This document shows, piece by piece, positions 20,997-28,604 of a stretch of 33,058 bases of DNA. Position numbers and translations under genes: made by a program. The notes below the pieces were generated by a model. The model worked only from the letters and a program-made list of their open reading frames with translations. It was not told the origin of the DNA and made no database searches. The DNA is from an uncultured virus (IMG/VR IMGVR_UViG_2061766007_001416) (lineage: Duplodnaviria > Heunggongvirae > Uroviricota > Caudoviricetes), in IMG/VR virus record IMGVR_UViG_2061766007_001416. One strand, written 5' to 3'. How positions within the stretch are numbered: the stretch's first letter is position 1; every line of letters starts with the position of its first letter.

Positions 20997-21377
20997 ATGT
21001 GGAAAAAATACAACCCAAATCCCCGAGGAAACGAATACGCTGGAGATTGCGTAATTAGAGCGATAACAAAAGCGACAGGGCAAAGCTGGGAAAGCGTTTT
21101 TGCTGGGTTGTCGCTTGAAGGATATTATTCGGGAGATTGGGGAAACTCAAACGGCGTATGGGATACATATTTAAGAAAAAAAGGGTTTAGAAGATACATT
21201 TTGCCAAATACATGCCCGTATTGTTACACTATTGCAGACTTTGCAAGAGATTACCCGATCGGCACTTACATTCTTGGGACCGGGAAGCATGCCGTGACGG
21301 TTGTTGACGGCAATTACTATGATTCATGGAATTCAGGGGAAGAAATGCCGATTTATTACTACACAAAGGAGCTTTGA
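20997..21377 (+). CDS. Conserved hypothetical protein with a papain/C39-like Cys-His-Asp signature
   Basis: YNPNP...GDCVIRAI, GKHAVTVVDG and YYDSWNS give Cys at a helix start, then His, then Asp. Confidence 0.55.
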   Translation: MWKKYNPNPRGNEYAGDCVIRAITKATGQSWESVFAGLSLEGYYSGDWGNSNGVWDTYLRKKGFRRYILPNTCPYCYTIADFARDYPIGTYILGTGKHAVTVVDGNYYDSWNSGEEMPIYYYTKEL

Positions 21378-21379
21378 CA

Positions 21380-21874
21380 ATGGCATACAACAGCTTTTAT
21401 CAGCCTTATCAGCAAATAGCGTACAATCAGCAGTATCAGAATTATGTTCCACCGATGAATCAGCAGGCGTTTCAGCAGGTGCAGAACACGCAGCAACCAA
21501 CAATTCAAAACGGCGGCTTTGTGAGCGTTCCGTCAGAAACGGTGGCGCGAAACTATCCCGTTGCGCCGGGGAATAGCGTAACATTTATTGACGAAAACGC
21601 ACCGTATTGCTATACAAAAACGATGGGGTTTTCACAGCTTGATCGTCCGCGCTTCGAAAAATTCCGACTTGTTAAGGAGGAGGAAACGGCACAACCTACA
21701 CAGACAGGCGCAGACGCACCGAAGGCTGACTATGCGCTGAAATCGGAACTACAAGCGGTAAAAGACGAATTTTCAGCAGAAATTTTAAATTTAAAATCGA
21801 TTTTTGAAAAAATTTCTCAAAAGAATGAAAACAAAACAGAAAATATAAAGAAAGAAGTTGAAACAAATGCGTAA
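21380..21874 (+). CDS. Hypothetical protein with Q/P/Y-rich N-terminus, small beta domain and C-terminal coiled coil
   Basis: ATG at 21380 after AAGGAG; YQPYQQ...QQPT, then ARNYPVAPGNSVTFID...YTKT. Confidence 0.8.
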   Translation: MAYNSFYQPYQQIAYNQQYQNYVPPMNQQAFQQVQNTQQPTIQNGGFVSVPSETVARNYPVAPGNSVTFIDENAPYCYTKTMGFSQLDRPRFEKFRLVKEEETAQPTQTGADAPKADYALKSELQAVKDEFSAEILNLKSIFEKISQKNENKTENIKKEVETNA

Positions 21875-22142
21875 CCCATTGATTCAAAACAAACAAAGCG
21901 GTGTATCTTTTAACGATTTTATGAGCAAATTTCAGCAATTTTCGGGAAATCCCATGCAGATGTTATCACAGAGTGGCTTGAACATTCCTCAGGGCATGAA
22001 CAATCCCGGTGAGATCATACAGCATTTAATGAACTCCGGCAAGCTGTCTCAGGAGCAGTATTCACAGTTACAGCAAACAGCTCAAAATATAAGAAATAAC
22101 CCCATGTTTCAACAGCAAATGCAGATGATGGGGAAAAAATAA
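21867..22142 (+). CDS. Small Q/M/N-rich helical hypothetical protein
   Basis: MRNPL...NPGEIIQHLMNSGKLSQEQYSQLQQ; overlaps the upstream stop. Confidence 0.75.
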   Translation: MRNPLIQNKQSGVSFNDFMSKFQQFSGNPMQMLSQSGLNIPQGMNNPGEIIQHLMNSGKLSQEQYSQLQQTAQNIRNNPMFQQQMQMMGKK

Positions 22143-22206
22143 CAGAGGTATTAAAGCCAGTGCGCAGGGCTTTCAATATAAATCTTTTTAAGGAAGGTAT
22201 TAAAAT

Positions 22207-23265
22207 ATGGCACTTACAGACGAAAACGGCGGCAACGGCATGATCATGCCCGTACAGCCAATGGGCGGTTACGGCTACGCTATGCCTTACGGCGGCAATT
22301 TTGGCGGCGGCTTTGGCTTCGGTGATGACTGGATTGTTCTATTTCTTATCGCTATGATGTTCGGCGGCGGTTGGGGCATGGGCGGCTTCGGCGGCGGCTT
22401 CGGCGGCGGCTGGGGCGGCGGCTTTGGCAATATGTTTGAATTTCCGTGGCTGCTTAACGGTCAGCAGAACGTACTTAATGGCGTCAACGCTAACACTAAT
22501 GCAGGATTCAATCAGGCAGCTTTAACCTCAGCAATCGGAGATCTGAACAACACCGTTGTTAGTGGCTTTGGAGATGTTCAACTTGGTATTGCAGGAGTTA
22601 ATCAGAATGTTTGTCAAACAGGTTCGGCAATTACTAACGCAGTTAATCAGGGATTTGCAAGTACAAATCTCGGTATGTGTCAAGGCTTCAACGGCGTTAC
22701 AAATGCCGTTACAGGCGCGCAGAACGCTCTTGCTCAACAGATGTACAGTAACGAGATTGCCAACCTTAACCGTTCCTTTGCGGAGCAGACCGCAAACACT
22801 CAGGGCTTCAACAGTGTACAGTCTCAGCTTGCTCAATGCTGCTGCGACAATAGGCTTGCAACAAATGATCTCAAATACACTATTGCAACAGAAGCTTGTG
22901 CAGATAGAGCAAACAGCACACAGAATACTCAGTCCATTCTTAACCTTGTCAATTCGGGCATTCAGTCAATCAAAGATCAGCTTTGTCAAGACAAGATTGA
23001 TGCAAAGAATGACGAAATTGCACAACTCCGTCAGGAAATCCTTTACACTCGTGGTCAGGCTGCGGCTGAAAGCATTTATCAGCGTGGGCAGAATTCTCAG
23101 GATGTACAGACTGCTCAGATTCTTGCAGGTCAGGCAGCAATACCGGGTCAGGTATATACACGTCTTAATGAATGCCCTGTAAGCACGGTTCCTGTATATG
23201 GTAGGCAACCGATTTTTACTTGCAACAATAACGGCTGCGGTTGCGGCTGCGGCGGTAATTTTTAA
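22207..23265 (+). CDS. Gly-rich hydrophobic N-terminus plus long N/Q-rich coiled coil, Cys-rich; function unknown
   Basis: 352 aa, RBS AAGGAAGG; WIVLFLIAMMFGGGWGMGGFGGG, repeated (Q/A/S)GF motifs, QCCCD, C-terminal GCGCGCGG. Confidence 0.85.
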   Translation: MALTDENGGNGMIMPVQPMGGYGYAMPYGGNFGGGFGFGDDWIVLFLIAMMFGGGWGMGGFGGGFGGGWGGGFGNMFEFPWLLNGQQNVLNGVNANTNAGFNQAALTSAIGDLNNTVVSGFGDVQLGIAGVNQNVCQTGSAITNAVNQGFASTNLGMCQGFNGVTNAVTGAQNALAQQMYSNEIANLNRSFAEQTANTQGFNSVQSQLAQCCCDNRLATNDLKYTIATEACADRANSTQNTQSILNLVNSGIQSIKDQLCQDKIDAKNDEIAQLRQEILYTRGQAAAESIYQRGQNSQDVQTAQILAGQAAIPGQVYTRLNECPVSTVPVYGRQPIFTCNNNGCGCGCGGNF

Positions 23266-23277
23266 GGCGGTGAGGTT

Positions 23278-23742
23278 ATGGCTTGTGAATTCTCGAATAA
23301 CCTCACTCAGACCGTCAACCCTGGCGAATCCGTAATATTCACAGAATCGCCCGTACCTTGTACGCGCGGATTTGTCCGTCACAGAGACGACACTGGAAAC
23401 TTTCTTCTTCGAGGAAATGTGCGAAGAAATAATTGCGGCTGCTGCCCCAATTCTGCAAGATATCTTGTTGATTTTGGAGCGAACATTGCTATTCCAACAG
23501 GTGGCACAGTTGCTCCTATATCGCTTGCACTGACTCTTGACGGTGGTACAGTTCCCACGACACAAATGACAGTAACCCCGGCGGCGGTTGAGGAATTTTT
23601 CAACGTTTCAGACGCTACAATAGTTAGTGTGTGGCGTGGTTGTTGTCAGTCGTTGACGGTCAGAAACATTTCCGATCAGCCTATTCTTGTTCAGAACGCT
23701 AATATCATTTTTAGCAGACCGGACTTGAATGTGACATATTAA
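23278..23742 (+). CDS. All-beta protein, possibly BclA-C/C1q-like jelly roll
   Basis: 154 aa; QTVNPGESVIF start, alternating beta strands (ARYLVDFGANI, ISLALTLDG, LTVRNIS, VQNANIIF), CGCC and GCC clusters. The fold call is by eye. Confidence 0.6.
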   Translation: MACEFSNNLTQTVNPGESVIFTESPVPCTRGFVRHRDDTGNFLLRGNVRRNNCGCCPNSARYLVDFGANIAIPTGGTVAPISLALTLDGGTVPTTQMTVTPAAVEEFFNVSDATIVSVWRGCCQSLTVRNISDQPILVQNANIIFSRPDLNVTY

Positions 23743-23755
23743 GGGGGGTAGACGA

Positions 23756-24175
23756 ATGCACATGTATGAAGAGCTTAAAGAAATGCTCTGTAAGGAGCTT
23801 GAAGAAATCACACGCAAAGGCGAGCTTACAGCAGGCAGCCTTGACACTGTGGATAAACTTACTCACGCTATTAAGTCCATTGACACAATCGCTGCTATGG
23901 AAGAGTATAGCAATGATTATAATTATCGTGGCTCTTATGATAGAGAGAGTGACGGCATGAGCAGCGTAAGACGTAGAACGTATGATGGTCGCTCCTACGC
24001 AAGAGGCAGAAATGCAAAGCGTGACAGCATGGGTAGATATAGCCGGGGCGGCTACTCCTATGACGATGCTAAGGACGATATGATTAATGATTTGCACGAG
24101 CTTATGCAGGATACACACGACGAACGTACAAAGCAGGAGTTTAAAAAGTTTATCAACAAACTTGAAACTATGTAA
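23756..24175 (+). CDS. Hypothetical protein with helical ends and an R/G/S/Y-rich central region
   Basis: 139 aa, RBS AAGGGGG; YRGSYDR...RSYARGRNAKRDSMGRYSRGGYSY. Confidence 0.8.
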   Translation: MHMYEELKEMLCKELEEITRKGELTAGSLDTVDKLTHAIKSIDTIAAMEEYSNDYNYRGSYDRESDGMSSVRRRTYDGRSYARGRNAKRDSMGRYSRGGYSYDDAKDDMINDLHELMQDTHDERTKQEFKKFINKLETM

Positions 24176-24189
24176 GGTGGTGGCTATCC

Positions 24190-24510
24190 TTGATAACTGA
24201 GCGTGACTTAGACGAGGCTATCGCAGAGTGTCAGGGGCAGCCTAATCCAAACGCTAATACCTGTATTAAGTTGGCAGCTTATTACATCATTAAAGATTAT
24301 ATGATTGATAGTAAAAATGATATACCTAACGATTATTCTTTTAATTCTAAACTTACAGAACAAAAGATTAATTACAGCAGCGGTACATCTTTTTCCAATA
24401 TAATCAAAGATAAAAGCATTGATGAAGTATTAGAGATAATGGACGATTTAATGACTACTCTACAAGTGATTAATCCTAGATTATACGATAGCGTGATGAG
24501 GAAATTATAA
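24190..24510 (+). CDS. Helical hypothetical protein, last gene of the operon
   Basis: TTG start after AAGGTGG; 106 aa; followed by a terminator. Confidence 0.75.
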   Translation: MITERDLDEAIAECQGQPNPNANTCIKLAAYYIIKDYMIDSKNDIPNDYSFNSKLTEQKINYSSGTSFSNIIKDKSIDEVLEIMDDLMTTLQVINPRLYDSVMRKL

Positions 24511-24517
24511 TTTTGTG

Positions 24518-24550
24518 AAAAGCCTACAATAATTTGTAGGCTTTTTGTTT
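24518..24550 (+). terminator. Intrinsic (possibly bidirectional) terminator
   Basis: AAAAGCCTACAA-TAAT-TTGTAGGCTTTT followed by TGTTT. Confidence 0.8.
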
Positions 24551-24595
24551 AATATGTAGATTGCAATTTTTTTCTAAAAAAGTGCATTTTTTTGC

Positions 24596-24624
24596 TTGAC
24601 ATTTGCCTCTTAATGATGTATAAT
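24596..24624 (+). promoter_or_regulatory. Consensus sigma-A/70 promoter
   Basis: TTGACA(24596)-17 bp-TATAAT(24619) with an AT-rich upstream region. Confidence 0.9.
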
Positions 24625-24684
24625 AATATCAAGATAAGAAACAACAAAGCCGATAGGCAGAAAGTAGAGAAAGAGGTAAGTATT

Positions 24685-24897
24685 ATGACAACTACATTAT
24701 TTAATGGAAAAGAGTACACATTCACGCAGGAAGCTTATTACAATGCAGGAACAGGGATGTATGAAGCACTGGTCAAGGGCGATGACGGCTATTACCAAGC
24801 ATTTTTCGCAATAGTTAACGAGGAAGCAGAGGAAGAATGCGATATGTGCAACTGGGACGTAGCAGACGAGCTTGAATATATCGGAGAGGATTTTTAA
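24685..24897 (+). CDS. Small, very acidic protein (70 aa)
   Basis: ATG at 24685 after AGAGG (the track's 24592 start runs through the promoter); 17 D/E against 2 K and no R. Confidence 0.8.
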   Translation: MTTTLFNGKEYTFTQEAYYNAGTGMYEALVKGDDGYYQAFFAIVNEEAEEECDMCNWDVADELEYIGEDF

Positions 24898-24975
24898 GAG
24901 AAGGTACTATTCTGATTGTTTGTGCGAACAATCAGAAGCTGCTTGAAATAGCACGTATAATGTAAGGAGGAGAAC

Positions 24976-25170
24976 ATTATTAAAATTAACGAATTAAAAG
25001 CGGAATTTGTTCGCAAGGGTTACACGCAAAAAGATGTAGCCGAGCTACTGGGCATCAGCTTAAGAGCTTTGTCTAATAAGCTGAACGGCAAAAATAAAAA
25101 AGGCAGCTTTACTGATCGTGAGATTGAAAGACTGCAAGAAATTTTAGATATTGATATCTTTTTGAAATAA
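24976..25170 (+). CDS. XRE/Cro-like HTH protein with a probable ATT start; not in the ORF track
   Basis: AAGGAGG at 24964-24970, then ATT ATT AAA...; reads INELKAEFVRKGYTQKDVAELLGISLRALSNKLNGK...FTDREIERLQEIL. Confidence 0.7.
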   Translation: MIKINELKAEFVRKGYTQKDVAELLGISLRALSNKLNGKNKKGSFTDREIERLQEILDIDIFLK

Positions 25171-25249
25171 AAGAGAGGATGAAGAAAAATAAAAATTTTA
25201 ATAGCGTGTGAAGAACTTGGTAAATCTTAGTATAGAAAGAGAGAGTTAA

Positions 25250-25573
25250 ATGATGAAAGCCCACATACCCTTAAAAAACAAGCTCACCAAACAAACGCAA
25301 AAAGATATGCTTGCATTGGCAGAACAGGAACTCAGCAAGAAACAGTTTGGCTTTACACGCAGACTTTTCAAAGCTTTTTGTTATTGCCTTAACCGTGATT
25401 TTGGCTTTGGCAAAAAGCGACTTGAATTTCTGATTGACAGCGTAAACAAGTTGATGAACGAAGTATTGACAGACGAAGCATTTTGGGAACACCTCGATAG
25501 AGCAGTAATTGGCGAATTGGGAATAGAATTCGAGCGTGAAGAAGTCAACGAGGACGGCGAGGTTCTCCAATGA
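25250..25573 (+). CDS. Hypothetical phage protein
   Basis: 107 aa, with the L..DFGFGKKRL motif seen in phage early-region ORFs. Confidence 0.65.
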   Translation: MMKAHIPLKNKLTKQTQKDMLALAEQELSKKQFGFTRRLFKAFCYCLNRDFGFGKKRLEFLIDSVNKLMNEVLTDEAFWEHLDRAVIGELGIEFEREEVNEDGEVLQ

Positions 25574-25722
25574 GCAAGCCTAAACGCCTGCCGCATGTCT
25601 CCGGACACAAGTACAGAATCTGTCGTGGCTGCGGACTGGACTGGAACGTAAGCAAAAATGACGAGTCGGGCAGAGCGTACTACTGCCCGAAGTGCGAAAG
25701 GAAGAGGGGAAAAAACCAATGA
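25570..25722 (+). CDS. Small zinc-ribbon protein (50 aa); not in the ORF track
   Basis: MSKPKR...ICRGCG...YYCPKCERKRGKNQ; ATGA overlaps at both ends. Confidence 0.6.
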   Translation: MSKPKRLPHVSGHKYRICRGCGLDWNVSKNDESGRAYYCPKCERKRGKNQ

Positions 25723-25883
25723 ACGATTTATTNNNNNNNNNNACACTACTTGTGAAGGCCTTGTAAGAGACAGAACCGCCGAAGAATACGATAACATCGT
25801 ACAGGCTTTAACAACAGGAAATCTGTCAGAGGACGAAAAGCAGAAACTTGTAAAGGCGTGGATAACGTTCAGAAAGAAAGGAA

Positions 25884-26273
25884 ATGAATAATATGGAAAT
25901 TGAAAAGGCACTAGACCAACTTGCCGAAAAATTCGGCATTGTCGTAGACTGGTCGCAGGATAGATATTCTTATGTCCAAGATATTTTAAATCGGTATCGT
26001 ACGGTATCAATCGTGCAGGACGCAATAACAATCGTACTTTTTGTTTTAGGTGCGATTTTAGCAACGTTGGTATTGAAGTATATCTTTAAGCAGGACAGAA
26101 AATATATTATCAGTGCAGACGCTGATGATTTCATTTCAGCTATTATTATCGCTGTTTGCATAGTATTTCTGTTAATATTTGTACCTGTAACTATAGTTAG
26201 TATTTACGATATGGCCGAATGGATATTTGTTCCTGAAACGCAGTTCGTTAAAGAACTTGCTAAATTGAAATGA
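25884..26273 (+). CDS. Two-TM membrane protein, hypothetical
   Basis: 129 aa with two long hydrophobic segments. Confidence 0.65.
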   Translation: MNNMEIEKALDQLAEKFGIVVDWSQDRYSYVQDILNRYRTVSIVQDAITIVLFVLGAILATLVLKYIFKQDRKYIISADADDFISAIIIAVCIVFLLIFVPVTIVSIYDMAEWIFVPETQFVKELAKLK

Positions 26274-26357
26274 GGCGATTTTTATGTCAAAAAGAAAGAA
26301 AAAACACCCTTTTGCAGGTTTTAAGGTTAAAAGCTATATGAAAGGACGTGAAAGGAA

Positions 26358-26573
26358 ATGAAAGACAAAAAATTATTTATATCTGAAGATTTAGAGCCAT
26401 TCTGCAAAGTGCTGAATCCAAACGTCGACACTATCAAATACAGCAAGAGTTACACCTCAGAAATTGTGACAGTGTATTTTTTTGACGGGACTAAACGCTT
26501 GATTAAAGTTGACGAAAGCAACGCAAGAACCGCTATTAAAACTATACAGGCGATTACACTAAGTCTAATATGA
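26358..26573 (+). CDS. Hypothetical protein
   Basis: 71 aa ORF with purine-rich upstream sequence. Confidence 0.5.
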   Translation: MKDKKLFISEDLEPFCKVLNPNVDTIKYSKSYTSEIVTVYFFDGTKRLIKVDESNARTAIKTIQAITLSLI

Positions 26574-26599
26574 TTAAAAATAAAGGAGGTTAATCAAAA

Positions 26600-26800
26600 A
26601 TGAATAAGCTTGTAACAATATTTTACACGGCTGTATATCTGATTACAGAGTACGGACGCAAGGCACTCATTATAATAACTGCTTTTTTAAGCGTTGCATT
26701 CGCTGCTGTGGGTATTAATAACGGCTATTNNNNNNNNNNNNNNNNGCTTATTGCAATATGCAGGTACTACGACTGCAAGTATGTTGAGAAAAAAGCATAA
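26600..26800 (+). CDS. Small membrane protein (gapped)
   Basis: RBS AAGGAGG; hydrophobic segments. Confidence 0.5.
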   Translation: MNKLVTIFYTAVYLITEYGRKALIIITAFLSVAFAAVGINNGYXXXXXXLIAICRYYDCKYVEKKA

Positions 26801-26859
26801 TGAATGTATTGATAGCGTGTGAAGAAAGCCAGCGTGTGTGTATTGAGTTTAGGAGGTAG
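26800..26859 (+). pseudogene. 5' remnant of a DNA cytosine-methyltransferase-like gene
   Basis: MNVLIACEESQRVCIEFRR-stop resembles the N-terminus of a phage cytosine-MTase-like family. Confidence 0.6.
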
Positions 26860-26867
26860 AAGTTCAA

Positions 26868-27995
26868 ATGGGTAAAAATCTTATGGATTCAGATGTAAAA
26901 GCTGAAAGAGATAAGAAAATATCTTATTTTAAAGTTAAACAAAAACAGTCTTATGAATTTAAGGTTGCGTATGCTAGATCTAGAGCAAGAGAGTTTGTAA
27001 AAGAATGCGATAAACGTGGTATTAATTATCACATATCGGTTGGAGGACTGGACAGCATAACTTTATTGCTTTTTTTACGTGAGTATTGTTTTTTGAGCGA
27101 TATTCCTGCTATTTCTTGCAGTTATCTTGAAGACCCGTCAATTATAAAAATTCATAAAGCTTTGGGTGTCGAATGTGTTAAGCCTTTAGTTAAGGAGGTA
27201 ACTCCTGACGGTAAAAATAAATACTGGACGAAAAAAGATGTTATTCAGGAGTTTGGCTTTCCTGTTCTTAGTAAGGAAATAGCAGATAAAATTGAAACGT
27301 TAGCTAATCCTACTGAAAAAAATAAAACTGTTCGTCACGCAATTATGACAGGAGAAACTGGAGAATTGGGCGGTTTTCAAAAACACAGTCGTATGAAACT
27401 TGCTGATAAGTGGTTAAACAAATTTGGCGGTTACGGTAACGAGTACGAGGGAACTAATTATGGTATACCTGATTTTAAGGTATCATCAAAATGTTGCTAT
27501 TATTTAAAGGAAAAACCCTGTGATGATTGGGCTAGAGAGCATAACAGTGTTCCTTTTTTAGGGCTTATGGCTTCCGAGGGTGGAAGAAGAGCAAAATCAT
27601 TGATGATTAACGGTTGTAATTATTTTGGAAAATCAACTATAAGGAGTTGTCCTTTTGCAATATTCAGCCGTCAGGACTTGTTACAACTTGCCTTAGATTT
27701 AAATGTGCCTGTTCCTGAAATATACGGAGAAATCAAGTGTAAATCTGATGGTACTTTGTACACCACTAAGGCACAGCGTACCGGTTGCTCAATGTGTGGT
27801 TTTGGAATACAGATTGAAAAGCGTCCGCACCGTTTTGATTTACTTTATGACCGTAACCCCAAAGAATGGGAGTATCTGATGTTTCATTACTGTAAGGACA
27901 GTAACGGTAATGATTTCGGGTGGGCAAAAGTTCTTGATTATATCGGTGTAGAGTGGCAACCCGAAGGATATGGAAAAAATGAGATTGAGTGTTAA
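26868..27995 (+). CDS. PAPS-reductase-family (PP-loop, Cys-cluster) protein
   Basis: 375 aa; ISVGGLDS PP-loop, SSKCCYYLKEKP, RTGCSMCGFG. Confidence 0.85.
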   Translation: MGKNLMDSDVKAERDKKISYFKVKQKQSYEFKVAYARSRAREFVKECDKRGINYHISVGGLDSITLLLFLREYCFLSDIPAISCSYLEDPSIIKIHKALGVECVKPLVKEVTPDGKNKYWTKKDVIQEFGFPVLSKEIADKIETLANPTEKNKTVRHAIMTGETGELGGFQKHSRMKLADKWLNKFGGYGNEYEGTNYGIPDFKVSSKCCYYLKEKPCDDWAREHNSVPFLGLMASEGGRRAKSLMINGCNYFGKSTIRSCPFAIFSRQDLLQLALDLNVPVPEIYGEIKCKSDGTLYTTKAQRTGCSMCGFGIQIEKRPHRFDLLYDRNPKEWEYLMFHYCKDSNGNDFGWAKVLDYIGVEWQPEGYGKNEIEC

Positions 27996-28068
27996 ATTCT
28001 AACTTTTTCCGGAAATCAACTCGTTATAAAAGGAATAAACACATAAACGAACAGAAAGGGAAAACCAA

Positions 28069-28446
28069 ATGGAAACTATAAAAAATTTGACGAGTTTGGA
28101 CTTGCAGAAATACGTTGTCAAAAAGGCTGGTAAAAGCAACGTTACACAAAGAGGGATTATCATAAAGCTGATACCTAGTGGAAGAATGATGATATACTAC
28201 TACTCCGAAATCTTTAAAAAGTTTAGGTATATCATATTTTACACGGTTGAAAATATGCTGCTTATGGAACTTACGAACGAAGCAAAAGAGAACGCATATT
28301 CTGTCACAAAAAAAGGAAATACGATGCAAACAAACGTAGCAGGCACAGCAAAAGAGCAGTTAAGCAGATTTTGCGGAGAGTACAGGGACGTTAAATTTTA
28401 CAACAAAACAAAGTCCAATCCTCTGCTGTATATAACGAAAAAATGA
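28069..28446 (+). CDS. Hypothetical protein
   Basis: 125 aa basic ORF with RBS AAGGGA. Confidence 0.55.
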   Translation: METIKNLTSLDLQKYVVKKAGKSNVTQRGIIIKLIPSGRMMIYYYSEIFKKFRYIIFYTVENMLLMELTNEAKENAYSVTKKGNTMQTNVAGTAKEQLSRFCGEYRDVKFYNKTKSNPLLYITKK

Positions 28447-28604
28447 AAAAATACTACAAAACAAACTTAAACGACCCTAAAATCCGTGAATTATACGACA
28501 GGTTCAAAAAATGGAAAAACATTCCACCAAGCGAGCCTTGCAGCGATGAAGAGCGTGAAGAGTTTGAACGATATGTTTTAAAACTAAAGGAGGTTAAAAA
28601 ATGA
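28443..28604 (+). CDS. Small hypothetical protein (53 aa); not in the ORF track
   Basis: MKKYYKTNLNDPKIRELYDRFKKWK...; ATGA overlaps with both neighbours. Confidence 0.55.
   Translation: MKKYYKTNLNDPKIRELYDRFKKWKNIPPSEPCSDEEREEFERYVLKLKEVKK

Noticed and set aside
22290..22430. GGCGGC-rich DNA repeat as a non-coding element
   Set aside because: It simply encodes the GGGF/GGGW repeats of the 352-aa protein.
22556..23182. 208-aa alternative-frame ORF inside the Gly-rich gene
   Set aside because: No RBS or motif; explained by codon bias of the main frame.
24943..24961. Promoter TTGAAA...TATAAT before the HTH gene
   Set aside because: The spacing is only 7 bp and the TATAAT abuts the SD sequence.
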